In this document: piece by piece, positions 50,256-63,590 of the stretch | Position numbering within the stretch: position 1 is the stretch's first letter | How the letters are laid out: the number at the start of each line of letters is the position of its first letter | Source: Malacoraja senta | Taxonomy: Eukaryota | Assembly (NCBI GenBank): GCA_038087875.1 | Contig: CM075989.1 | Location: 6,510,001 to 6,574,000 of the forward strand | DNA length: 64,000 bases | Reading direction: 5' to 3' | Notes under the pieces: model-generated | The model's input: only the letters and a program-made list of their open reading frames with translations | The model's database searches: none | What the model was told of the DNA's origin: nothing | Position numbers and translations under genes: made by a program

Positions 50256-51372
50256 CACTATTTAATTTGTATTGTCTTCTCCCCATTCCGTTATTAACTT
50301 GGGTAGTATTTTCAATACTGGCTGTTAAAATTCCTGAAAAGAAATGAGAGAATCTGTTTACAGCTACATCAAGGCTGTTGCAGTGTAAACATTGTAATTA
50401 ATCCTTAAATAACTCTTGAGTGGTAGAGTGTTTGAGCCACCGGGTTGCATTGAGTCCAAATAGTTAAACAGAGGTGGAAGCAAATTTCCCCAACCTGCAG
50501 GAGGAAACTTTTGTCAGTTGGCATGTGGCCAAGCAATTGGCAAGATGAACTGTCAACCTTTTTAGAAAATAATTCAAGTTTATCTTGCTTTAGGCAGCAA
50601 AGTCAGCGGTCGTACCTATTGGTCATATGGCAAAAATAGCAAATCTCTAAAGTTCCAGTTAATACCTTTTGCAGGATGCATCCAATACCTACTGTAGAGT
50701 AGTAAGAGCAGGTGGGTTACCTGCTTTTGCTGTGTTGATTCAAATGTTGATACTGTAGAGATAGTCCTGGGACATTTGTAATTCTCCAATTATGTGGTGG
50801 CATTTCTGCAAGTTATTGTGATTCATTTGGAGTCAAAGAGCATTGAAACAGGCCCGTCGGACGTATTTGCCGAGCCGACTAAGATGCCCCATCTGCACAA
50901 ATCTCACCTGTCCATGTTCGGCCCATAACCCTCTAGACCTTTCCTATCCATGTACCTGTCCAAATGTCTTTTAAATGTTCCTATTGTCTTTTTAATGTAT
51001 AGAAACTGTCAGCTTGATGATAAGATCATAAATGATAGGAGTAGAATTAGGCCATCTGGTCCATTCATTCATGGCTGATCTATCTCTCCCTTCAAACCCC
51101 ATTCTCATACCTTCTCCCCATAACCTCTGACACCCGAACTAATCAAGAATCTATCTATCTCTGCCTTAAATATATCTACTGACTATGCCTCCACAGCCTT
51201 CTGTGGCAAAGAATTCCACAGATTCACCACCCTACTGCCAGTGCTGTTCCCACCATTTCCCCCGTTAAAGAAGTAAACTGTATAGAAACACAAGGAACTG
51301 CAGTTGCTGGAATTATTGTTGGTGTAACTCAGCAGATCAGACAGCGTCTGTGAAGGGAATGCGCATTTTATA

Positions 51373-54040
51373 CAGTGCCCCCATAACGGTTGGGACAAAG
51401 ACCCATCATTTATTTATTTGTCTCTGTACTCCACACTTTGAGATTTGTAATTTAAAAAATCACATGTGGTTAAAGTGCACATTGTCAGATTTTAATTAAG
51501 GCTATTTGTATACATTTTGGTTTCACCATGTAGAAATTACAGCAGTGTTTATACATACTTCCCCCCCCAACCCCCCATTTCAGGGCACCATAATGTTTGG
51601 GACACAGCAATGTCATGTAAATGAAAGTAGTCATGTTTAGTATTTTGTTGCATATCCTTTGAATGAAATGACTGCTTGAAGTCTGCAATTCATGGACATC
51701 ACCAGTTGCTGGGTGTCTTCTCTGGTGATCCTCTGCCAGACCTGTATTGTAGCCATATTTAGCTTATGCTTGTTTTGGGGGCTAGTCCCCTTCAGTTTTC
51801 TCTTCAGCAGATAAAAGACATGCTCAAATGGGTTCAGATCGGGTGATTGACTTGGCCACTCAAGAATTTATCATTCTTTAGCTTTGGAAAACTCCTTTGT
51901 TGCTTTAGCAGTATGTTTGGGATCATTGGGCGCCGTCGAGTATGGCTGCCCTGCCAGCAGCTGTTAGTCTTTTCACCCTTTAAAAGTGTTTTGTTTGGAG
52001 GTCTTTTAGTCTTTTTATGTGGGGGGGGGGGAAAGGGGAAACTATTCTTCTCAGTCCCTACCTGGTCGGAGATGCGGTTTTTCTCCGAGCCGTATCTTCG
52101 CCCCTTCCTCGCGGCCTACGGGCAGACTGGAGCGGCGTTTTCCTGCCGGGACCGGCCAGGACTTCAGCTTCGGCGGCGGCACAGCGCTGAAACACCATCG
52201 CGGAGCGGGCGATGCCTTACCCGGGTCGCCGTGCAGTAAGCTCCGGAGTGCTGTGACCGCCGGCTCCAACATCGCGGAGCTGCAGTCTGCGGTCTGTGGA
52301 GCTTCCAGCCGCGGGCGGCGCTGAGCTTTAAACACCGTGGAGCCTGGGATCTCACGACGAGGTCGCCAGAGTCGGAGCATCGACCAGCGCGGCTCGTGGA
52401 CTTCGGGAGCCGCGGTCTCCTGGGAGGTAGCGTCCGCTCCAGACACTCCAGGCCGCTGAGAGTGTTCACCCGACGCCAGAGCTCCATCATCCGGCGAGAG
52501 GGCCTGAAGCATCGGGCTGCCGTAGCGGCGACTGCAGAGGCCTCAATAGGCCCCGACTATGGGTGAACTGGGGATGGGACTGGACTTTGCTGCCTCCCCC
52601 CACAGTGGGAACCATTGTGGGGGGATGTTTTTATGTTTATTGTTAAATTCTGTTAAATTCTTTAATGTTGTGTATTATCTTTATTCATGTGCTGCATTGC
52701 CAAGTCGAATTTCACTACACCAATTGGTGTATGTGACAATAAATGTCTCTAATCTAATCTAATTGTCTTGCTGTAGAATGAACCGCCGTCCAATGAGGTA
52801 TTTGTTTGAACTTGAGCAGATAGGATGTGTATACACTTCAGAATTCATTATGCTACTACCATCAGCAGTTGTATCATCAGTGGAGATAAGTGAGCCAGTA
52901 CTTTCAGCAGCCGTACGTGCTCAGGCCATAACACCCCCACCACCGCATTTCACAGATGAGGTGGTATGCCTTGGATCTTGGGCAGTTCCTGCTCTCCTCC
53001 ATACTTTGTCCTTCCCATCACTCTGATATAAGTTAATCTTCATCTCATCTGTCCACAAGACTTTTTCCAGAACTGTGGTTGCTCTTTTAAGTACTTCTTG
53101 GCAAACTGTAACCTGGCCATCCTATTTTTGCAGCTAACCAGTACTTTTCATCTTGCAGTGAAGCCTTTGTATTTCTGTTCATGAAGTCTTCTGCGGACAG
53201 TCGTCATTGATAAATCCACACATGACTCCTGAAGAGTGTTTCTGATCCGTCGGACAGGTGTTTGGGGATTTTTCTTTATTATAGAGAGAATTCTTCTGTC
53301 ATCAGCTGTGGAGGTCTTCCTTGGCCAGCCAGTCCCTTTGCGATCAGTAAACTCACCAGTGGGGTCAAGGAAAGAGCGTTCACGTCGCGGCCCTGTTCTC
53401 ACCAATCTTTTCACCACCACGCACAAGAAGCGCAAGACAGACACCATTGTATGCAGATGCTGAGAAGTGTGTTCAGCTCTGGCTGAACAACTTCTGATCT
53501 TGTGTGTGGACTCCATAAGAAGAAGAAGCTCACCAATGCTCTCTTTCTTCTTAATGATGTTCCAAACAGTTGATTTTGGTAAGCCTACGGTTTGGCTGAT
53601 GTTTCTAACAGTTTTATTCTTGTTTCTCAGTCTCATAATGGCTTCTTTGACTTTCATTGGCACAACTTTGGTCCTCATGTTGGTGAACAGCAATAAAAGT
53701 TTCCAAAGGTGATGGAAAGACTGGAGGAAAGACTAGGTGCTGAGAGCTCTCTTATACCTGCAATAAGGAGGCAATTAAACACAGCGGAGCAATTACAAAC
53801 ACCAAGTATCCCAAACATTATGGTGCCCTGAAATGGGGGGGGGGAGGGGGAGGGACTATGTATAAATACAGCTGTAATTTCTACATGGTGAAACCAAAAT
53901 GTATAAAAATACCCTTTAATAAAATCTGACAATGTGCACTTTGACCGCATGTGATTTTTTTCTATTACAAATCTAGAATTGTGGAGTACAGAGGCAAATA
54001 AATAAATTATGGGTCTTTATCCCAAACATGGAGGGCACTG
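51373..54040 (-). mobile_element. Tc1/mariner DNA transposon, end to end, TA target duplication, long IR-DR terminal repeats, disrupted transposase
   Basis: ta|CAGTGCCC...GGGCACTG|ta; ~230-bp inverted ends with internal direct repeats (ccataa.gtttgggaca); ORF MRTKVVPMKVKEAIMRLRNKNKTVRNISQTVGLPKSTVWNIIKK...G.PRKTSTADDRRI is a Tc1 HTH domain. Confidence 0.93.
51929..52762 (+). mobile_element. GC-rich non-autonomous retroposon nested in the Tc1, (TCTAA)n tail
   Basis: Interrupts Tc1 sequence (gggatcattg|...|ttgtcttgc); ends gtgacaataaa...(tctaa)3; head similar to 14205-14905. Confidence 0.7.
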
Positions 54041-54554
54041 TACAAATGCCTTGCAGAAGGAGCAGACAAGATAGGCCGCTATTCTTCTCCTCTTTGTTTT
54101 CTTGCACCCTCGTGTTCTCTCCCATTTGTTTAATGCCATTATCTACAAGAGAATTGGGACTGAGCTGCAACTTAAGTTTTGTTACAGTTAGGATAATGAA
54201 TCACTGACATCGACAGTCAGTGCTGGGATGTGTGCTTGCTTGGTGTGGCCTCCCATCATTATGTGCCCTTCGTCTGTAAACACTAGCATTCGTGTTAGAC
54301 TTGTATTGGTTTTCTGAAAGGTGGAACAAACCCATCATTAGTAAAACACGAGGTGCTGGAGGAACTTGATAGGTCTGTTCTTAATGCAGAGTGGGATCAG
54401 TCTGAAGAAGGGTCCTGACCCGAAGTGTCTCCTGTGTATTCCCACTCCAAATGCTGCCTGACCTGCTGAGTTCCTCCAGCATTATGTGCTTTGTTCAAGA
54501 TTCCAGTATCAGCAGTCTGTCGTCTCCATTTGTAATAATTGTTCTTTTTCACAG

Positions 54555-54689
54555 GTCTAGAAGAAAATATGGGAAAACAAGGAAATATGACATTATTACA
54601 ACACCAGCAGAAAAGGTGGAAATGACACTACTTAATGAAGAGGATGATGATGATGAAGATGCAACCGTGTTTGATGTGAAATACAGCAG
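54555..54689 (+). CDS. FAM174B: FAM174B-like exon 2 ([44 protein letters not shown])
   Basis: Close to the remembered FAM174B tail [38 protein letters not shown]; ttttcacAG acceptor, phase matches exon 1; AG|GTAC donor. Confidence 0.9.
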
Positions 54690-56769
54690 GTACAACTTGA
54701 AATACTGTGATAACTTCCAATATTTAAACTATTTTTTACTTGAATGTTTTATAAACCATTGGTCCAATTCTGAACACCACAATTTATGAACAATTTATAA
54801 GTTTTAAACAGGATGCAATTGAAATGTACTAAAATATTGCAGGGGTGAGGGGCTTCAGTTACATGGATAGACTGCAGAAAATGGGTCTGTTTTCTTGGCA
54901 GAGGGAAAGTGGCATTGGAATCTGAAGAAATACTTAAAATCATGAAGGGTATGGAGAGACGAGAGTAGTTTGTTCTTAACCCATGGAAAGAGGATGTAGA
55001 ATTAAAGCTATTGGCAAAAGAAAGTGATGAGGATAAATCATTTTATCAAGCAGCAGCTGGCCAGTGTCTGCAATTCTCAGTGAAGGCAGACTTGATAGAT
55101 AACAGGGTAAGTATCTAAACAAGAATTTCCTGTTCCTGGTGAGAGTTTTGGAGAGTGAGAATAGTTGGATTGCTCTTACGAAGGGCTGGTATAAAAACTA
55201 TGGGCCAAATTGTCGCCTCCTGTGTTATAATCAATTTTCCATCACTAGAAACCAGTCTTGATCAATCACATGACAGCTCGGTTGTATCACTGTGTTCCTG
55301 AAGCCAATATGTTTCCATCTGTCCCAGTGCAACTACAATGATATCTGACCAAATGAAATATTTCCCAGGTACACTAATTAACTTCATCCGATTGCTGCCG
55401 TGGTGGTTTTATTGATCAGTTTAATACTCTTAACAGATACTATCTCGCCAAATACCTACTCCGATTCCTTGTTGGGATTCCAGTAGATCGTGTTTAAAAG
55501 AACTGAGATGATGTAAGAATGACTGTTCTTGTCATTAAAGCAATGTAAAGTGGAGCTTCAAAGACGATAGTTAAAATTGTAATACAGTATCCTATTTCGT
55601 AAAGACCATCAGATGTGAGAAACGGTAATGAACCCTCTAAAACAACAATGCAGTCCATGTCTGCGTACAACAAGACCTGGAAAACTGATGCTTTGATAAA
55701 TAACCAGAACATTTACACCAGCAAATCACCATCACCAATGGGAGAGTCTGAAGACCTTTTGTTAGCACTTTAATTGGTTTACCAGATTTCAACATTAATG
55801 CCCTATACATGGTTGACAATAGCCACATCAGACGGGCATTTCTATTGTGACATTCTTACCGAATCGTGAAGCACCATTTCACTATCTCCATGGAGCAAAT
55901 AGCACGTCATGCAGCGCAAATCTGTGACTAGATGTTACGCCATCCTAGATGAAATGGTTCATCTTGCCCACTATGGCTGAGTTATGTTGCAGAGAATACA
56001 TCCGGAAAAATTTGTTGAGTCTTCTTCAGCATCATCCTCATTAAATGCAACTTTAATTGCCTTGATAGCCGAAGGTAACAGGCACACAAGGGCAGGACTG
56101 TTCAAATACCATCTTAAGTTGCACTTGACCTGGTTGTATATTGCAGCTCTGCATCCTTGAATATGAATTTAACTTGTCTCTCAGTAGTACATGCTGTGAA
56201 AATTCAAGATGGCTCACCTTCAAGGCAAGTAGGGATAGAAATAAATCCTGGCCTTGCCAGTGATCTTTGTAGCACAAAAATAATCACTTGGGAATTATGA
56301 TTAATATTAATACTTAGGTTATTGAGAGAATTTTCAGCTTCCCAATGAATAAATAGCTAATTTTGGAATAGCATGTCTGATAACCCATCACCCCAAGAAA
56401 ACACAGCATTTGAGCTAAAGTCACCATGCTATTTTAAGTGGGACCTAGTTACGTTTTTCCCTTTGGCATTGTATATCAACACAATCACAAGATTTGAAAT
56501 GTAAATTTAGATAAGAAAGAATAATTAGGCACAGATTAGACTTCATGGTATTCAGACTCTACCAAGCATGTTGTGCATTCATTTAATGCCAATTTTCATT
56601 GTTTTTCTTTCCCACAAAATAGAATCTAACAATTTGTCCTGACCTTGCTCAGTTTAAGTCTACAGGCTTGCAAACACAAAGTAATCTTGTGGGAGAATTT
56701 TATATTTGGAATACTCATTGGGACTCACTCTCTCTCCCTCTCTCTCTCTCTCTCACTCTCTTTCATTTC

Positions 56770-57175
56770 ACCTTATTTTTATTTAGCGAATGCAAAGTCC
56801 TTTAGCCAAGCAGTTGCCTCTTGATCTGCTGTATGAAGGGTGACAAGTCTTCCTTTAAGTCTTTTTTGATGTGTTGCATTGTTTGCTGCTCTCCACAAGC
56901 ACACCGTGGGGTTGGGCTGCTGCCCCATTTGTGAAGGCTGGCCAAGCAGGGGCCATGTCCAGTCCTGAATCTATTCAGCAATGGAGTGTTGGTGGGCGGG
57001 GACTTCGATGAGGCGTCGCTTGGCTGCAGAGAGGCCTTCAACATTCAGCTGTAGTATTCGGAGAGCAGGTCCAACTGCTAGGTGCTCTTGAGGCTGGTCG
57101 TTGTTGCTGCTTTCGGCTTTAGGATAATGACTAGGATTCTTTGACTTGGCTCTCAAGCGTCACCTGAGGCACAGT
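56770..57175 (-). mobile_element. Internally deleted Ingi/Vingi-like LINE
   Basis: APE-endonuclease N-terminus (GPALRILQLNVEGLSAAKR) joined to the C-terminal zinc knuckle (LNRFRTGHGPC..LHKWG..P.CACGEQQTMQHI). Confidence 0.7.
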
Positions 57176-60100
57176 TTAGCTAATAGATTTGAAAAGTAGA
57201 TTAGGTTTAACTATTTACGCAAAAATATGTTGGTGTACAAAGGCTTCCAGAGGATCTGTAGATGGGTTTTCACAAATCTAAAAAGATTATTTTATGAAAG
57301 AAATAATGAACGACGAGGGCATATTTTAACTTGTGGATTCATTAGGGCTGTCCTATACAAATTTAATTTTTAATATTTCTCTGTATCAAGCGTAAGAAGT
57401 GTAATCTTATCGTTCTGAGCAGCACTTATTCAAATCTTGAAGAATACATAGAAACCAATTTCAAAGGTCTTTTATTGTCACGTGTACCAATTAAGGTACG
57501 GTGATATTCAAATTACCTTCAATTTGCCTTCTGTTCTCAAAGTTAATGGATAAATTGGAGCCTAATGAGGACATTTGAAGCATACCAAATAAAATAACTT
57601 CCCTGATTATCCCTGCAGTAAATGATTCTTATAAACTTGTAAATATCAATGTAAAGCGTCAATTCCAGTGTAATGTGATTCTATCTGAATTGGAACTAAG
57701 TGGCTTTTAACAGAATTGGCTGTTGGACTTTGGCAGCAAATGGTTTCAATATGCAAATTAAACTACAATATCCTAATTATATTTGATAATTTAATCATTA
57801 ATGGCCATTCAGAAACCAGCTGTTGCCAACTTAGTGAATGATTCTGACTTCTGATATTGTTCTTGTGCATGATTTCCAAAAAACTCCATTAGGTCATTAA
57901 AAACTTCCAGCCTATAGAAGAAATTCAATCATCAACATTAAATGTGCAGTTCAGCATTTATCCCAAGCAATTATTTATGTCATAGACAGTAAGCACAGAA
58001 ACGGGCCTCTTGGCCCAACTTGCCCATGCCGACCAAGATGCCCCATCTACACAAGTCCCATCTGCCTCTGTTTGGCCCATATCCCTCTAAACATTTCCTA
58101 TCGTAGACAGCTAGAAGACAGACTTGATAGACAGAAAATCTTAGAACAAAACGTCTTTTGTGGTGAATGAGCTGATTCCTAATTCCAGAAAACTTTTCTT
58201 TTAGATAGGTACAAGGATATGCAGGGATGTGGATTCATGGATGTAGAAAGATGATGTTAAGTTGCTCTTGGCATCATGTTCGGCACAGATATTGTTGGTT
58301 GAAGGGCCTGTTACTGTGCTGTACTGTGCACGTTGTTCCTAAAGGCTTACTGGATAATTCACAAAATCTGCATGTTCGATTTTTGACAGAGAAGTTAAGA
58401 AATAAAATACCAACATATTGTTTTGCACTTTTTATTCAAATAAAATGTAAAACAAAATGGGCACTTGGATGCCAATTCTCTACAACAACCAAAATTGGTG
58501 CATGTGATTGGCAGCATATTCTATTTACATAGTCTGCTTTACATAGTCTGGCAACATTTTCAATTGAGTGGACACTTTATTAGCAATAGTCTTGCATGTC
58601 CACCTTTTATTTATGCATTTTTCTTAACTACTTCTGCCACTGAAGGCTGTTTTCTTTTTTAGATCGGATCTCAGGGGAATTTTATTTCGTAGTTGATTTC
58701 ACAATGAGGAACTAGGTTTATATTACTCGAGTGATTATTTTCCTTCCTGTTATTATTAAGTAAAGATTTATTTTAATTCCCCTTCTTGCATATATGCCCT
58801 TCCATTTAAAGTCTTGTTTCAACCATTTATGTGCACGCCTTACGCAAGAAGAAGAACCATTTGTCTATTATTGTTAAGAAGGTTGGCATGGTTTTTTAAT
58901 CACTTTTTGACATACTTTGGAGTGTGTCCAAGTTCATTAACTAGCATAGTCTTTTGCTTAGTTTTAGTTTCGTTTATTATTGTCAAGTGTACGAGATATA
59001 GTGCAAAGCTTGTTCTGCGTGCTATACAGTTAAACCATGCTAAACATGAGTACAATCATACACAAAGTAAGAAAGTAATACAATTGTAAGTAGAATCTCT
59101 TCTGGAACAGCACACAAAGATTTGTCACATATCTAGTCCGATCTTGCAGGTTTCAAGTCTCTGAAAAGTTTGATCTTGGCCTAAGGATATGAAAGTTCTT
59201 ATTTTTTCACTTAAAGGCCTGGTGTCCTTGCATCAATGGATCGATGAAGTAGGCATTGGCTTTCAATGTTCTGGTTCAATTTATGCACCCTAACTTGTTC
59301 TTGGAACTGTTCTGTATTACATGGAGGAGGTTCTTGAATAACCAGAAAAAAGTGTGCACAGAAATTTTTAATAATTAGTAGTTCAAATTTCCTGCAACAA
59401 CACCCAAACTATAAAGAATAAACATACACTGTAAAATAGTGAGGATTAAAGTGCAATCTGCTGAAAGCACTGAACACAGCAAAGGCAAAGTTACCAGATA
59501 ATACTGATACTATTTCTGAAACCTTGCCTCCCATGCTCCCAGTGTCCCACACCAAGCTGTTCCAGTACAAGTTGCAACATCTAGCTGACAATATGTAAAA
59601 TTGCCCTGGTATTCTTGTTCAGTAAAATAAGAGCAGATATCTTCTAATTATCACCCAACCTAATTGAGACTAGTCTTCTTAAGTCTCAAAACACTGCTCC
59701 TGATATTATACTTGTTAAAAACTACCTTTTCTTTGATGTCACTTCTTGTTTTTCCTTGATCGCCTTGTTCTGGACTCATGAGATGAGAGGTGGGATGTGG
59801 CTGCCATGATATTAAGGCAATGATTAATTGGGCGGGGGATCAAGGAGCCTTGATAAAACTGAAGTAATTGGGCATCCAAGATTAAAATCTCATCTGCATG
59901 AAGGAAAAAGGGGCAAGTTTTTTTATACAAAGAGTGGTGGGGGCCTGGAACGCATTGCCAGGGGTGGTGGTGGCGGTAGATACCATAGTGGTGTTTCAGA
60001 GGCTTTTTGGTAGACACATGGATATGGATAATGTGCAGGCTTCTATTGGAGCTCCCCATAACCTCCGGCATCCAGAGAAACTGATCCAGGTCTGTTCAAC

Positions 60101-61221
60101 CGCTACGCTTGAGTAGTACGGGTGTCAAGGTTTATGGGGAGAAGGCAGGGGAATGGGGTTGAGAGGGAAAGATAGATCAGCCATGATTGAATGGTCGAGT
60201 AGATTCCATTGGGCCAAATGGCCTAATTCAGCTCCTATAACTTACGAATTGATGAAAGTTGTGGTTGTTGGAACGCAGTCATCTCAGGCCCTAGATATAA
60301 CTGCAGGAGCTCATCAGGACACTGCCATATGCCCAAGCTGCTTTAATTTTCTTTAAACATTGTCAGAAGTAGGGATTTTGAAAATTGATTGGTTCAATTC
60401 TATTTATAATTCCTCTGGAAAAGAAGCATGCTCGGCAAGGCCAAGTAAACCTGGGGCATATAGAAGCAAGAAACTGCGGCTGCTGGTTTAGGAAGGGTAA
60501 TGAACCGAAACGTCACCTATCCAAGTTCTCCAGAGGTGCTGCCTGGCCCGCTGAGTTACTCCAGAACTTTGTGTCTTTTTTTTGTAAACCCACGGTATGA
60601 CCTGATATGGGACAAAAAATGTTTAAAGTACATGCCAAACAGTGATTGTTTTCCAACGTGAGAATTTACCTACCTATCCTTAGTATTTGCTTCACTGAGT
60701 TTCCCTCACCTTCACAGCTTGGGGTTACCATTGGCAAGAGGTCAACTAGGCCAGTCAAACAAATAGTGTATAGGAAGGAACTGCAGATGCTGGTTTACAC
60801 TGAAGATAGACACAAAAAGCTGGAGTACCTCAGCGGGAGAGGCAGCATCTCTGAATAGGAGTGGGGGACGTTTTAGGTCAAGACCCTTCTTCAGACATAA
60901 GTCAGACATTCTTCAGAAGTGTGTAGCCATAAGAGTGTGTTGGGAGAACGATTCCCCTCCTGACACTCCACAGCCTTCTGCCATCTACAAAGCACGAATC
61001 AGGAAAGCAATGGAGTTGTCTTTGTCTGTTGGCACGAGAGAATCTCCAACGTCGAGGCTTGGTACCAACTAGGACATGGCAACAATGCAGCCCACGTGAT
61101 TAGTAAATTATTCTCTCCACTGTTAGCTTATCATAGCTGCAATGTGTACCCGCGACAAAGCACACAGCACGTGTTCACATAACTGCTCTGTCAGCACTTC
61201 CCAACACCACGAGCTCCATGT

Positions 61222-61690
61222 TTCGGTCACGCTGTAATAGGAAAGATGTTGTTAAGCTGGAAAGGGTATAGAAAAGATTTACGAGGATGTTGCCAGAGCT
61301 CGTAGCCCAGAACTATGGGGCAAGGCTGAGCAGGCTAGGATGACACATGATTTTTATAGAGGTATGTAGAGATGAACAAAGTAAATGCACAGTCTTTTAT
61401 CCAGAGTAGGGGAATCAAGAGCCAAGTGGACAGAGATTTAAGGTGAGGGGGAAAAGAGTTAATACGAATCTGAGGGGCAACATTTTTACACAAAGGGTGG
61501 TAGGTATATGGAACTACCTGCCAGAGGAGATAGTTGGTATTATCATAATGTTTATGAAACATTTAGACAGATCCATGAACATGTTAGGTTTAAAGGGATA
61601 TATGGGCCAAACATGGGCAGGTGGGACTAGTGTCGATCGGTGTGGGAAAGTTGTGTCGAAGGGCCTGTTTCAATGCTGTATGACTCACTA
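61222..61690 (+). mobile_element. CR1 LINE 3' fragment
   Basis: RGKRVNTNLRGNIFTQRVVGIWNYLPEE. Confidence 0.8.
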
Positions 61691-63590
61691 ATGAACCATC
61701 CTTGTGAATATATTGTCCTTCCTTGTCCCTGAGTCAAGGCCCTAGAACTTCCATCCCAGAGCATTATTCAAGTACTTTCACAAGGAAGACTACAGCAAAT
61801 TGAGGAGTTAGCAGGCTCACCACTACCATCACATGATTTGTTGAGGGCGGGCAGTTAAGGGTGACGTTCTCCATTATATTTCGCCGCTCAAAAGGTTTTT
61901 GGGAAAAATAAAAGTTCCTAATGGACCTGCTCCACGATGCTTGTTCCTCCTTGTAATGCGAGGAAGCAAATGAGAATTTTCCCATTTCCCACCCCACACC
62001 TTCATCATCGTTGACATGTGTGGGCTTTTGAAATGCCTCGGGTTTAAATTTCTTATCCTTTATTTGGAATATCTTTAAGTTTGCTGGTAGCTATCTCCGT
62101 AACCACCTTCAGCAAGAAAATCTTTTCAAGACGTGCACATTTCCATTTCTGGCCCATTTTGCACCTGTGGTTTACCTTGTTAGTTGCTAGGTCATTATTT
62201 GTAATTATAAGGAGTTTTGTCTAAACCTCTGCCTTGTACCATCACTTTTTGGTCTCCAAATCCTTTAGGGTTCTCTAGAAGTCTAAATCATTTTCCAAGA
62301 GTTTGGTTATCTGTTTAATATATCGATCTGTGTTTAGTGTCAGATATCGTCTTGTGATTCTTTTGTGAAGCATTTGGAGGTTTTACTGCAGTATACTTTA
62401 TAAATATCAGTAAAAGTTCATGGTTAGTAGTTTAATAATTGTCCTGCGGCAGGAAGATAATGTTACTTCTGCGATCTGTGTGGGGATTATTTACTTTAAT
62501 ATGTGCATTAATGATTTGAAGCTAGTAGCTAGTTTACACATTCACCGCTGATGCAAATATGGTTGATTTGAGTGGAATGAAATAAACCACAGAGAATTTG
62601 AATATGTTAGCTGGAAATCGAGCAGAAAGATCGCACCTTAGATTCAAAGTGGTAAAATGGGGCTTTTACAGCAGTCCCCAATGCCAGTGAATAAGTTTAT
62701 TGAATGTTGAGATGTACCAAGAGGTAATTAAAAAAGGCCAAAATATTGAAACAATCTAGCTACATAATAAATTATTTGAATAGTTCTGGTCACCTCAGAA
62801 TAAGGATGATGTTGGAATATTAAAACAATGGATGTTGAACTATTAAAATAATATCAAAAAGAATAAGTAAAGTTATTGAGGAGGGTGGAGGAATACATTT
62901 CTAAAGTAGACATGTTTTTTGCTAAGAGGTGGCAGGTTGTGGTAAATTGATTAATGTTTCAGCCCAAAGGGGCTGCTTAACATAAACCATGACAAGCCAT
63001 TTCACTGGTCCAGGTGAGGACCACAAAGCAACATCTCTGCTCCAAGTGCAGGTACATGGAATACTGATGCCGCAAACAGGATTTCAATGAGTGAACGGTC
63101 AAGTTTCAGGGAATGGGTGAAAGATGGTATTGATTTAAATGCAAATTTGTTTTTGAAAAGAATAATTTGAATTTGAATACTGCTGTAATTCAAATGGTGA
63201 CAATGTAGTTGAGAGTAGCATGCTTGAACTAGTGATACCTCGCGACAAGAACTGACTACATGAAACAGTATTTAAAATTCATCTGAATTTACGACTCCTA
63301 TAGTTTGGGCTCTTGTTTAATTTTGATCAAAATTAACCTTGCCTAGATTATCATTCCACCATTCAAGTTGTTATCTAATATATAGTTGCAAGCTTTAATT
63401 ACAAGATAAACTAAAGTAAAACAATCTGCCTTGAAGATGAGGGAGTGGAAGCAAAGAGCTGCAGATGCTGGTTTACACCAAATGAAACGATGCTGGAGTA
63501 ACTCAGCAGGACAGGCAGCATCTCTGGAGAAGAGGGATAGGTGATGTTTTGGGGAGGATCCCTTGTTCATTCAGGCTTAACGGTGAAGTC

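Noticed and set aside
55369..55381. Candidate final coding exon of the FAM174B-like gene (ttcccAG|G TAC ACT AAT TAA)
   Set aside because: Plausible, but other acceptors (about 56621, 58204, 58662) fit as well; cannot choose without transcript data.
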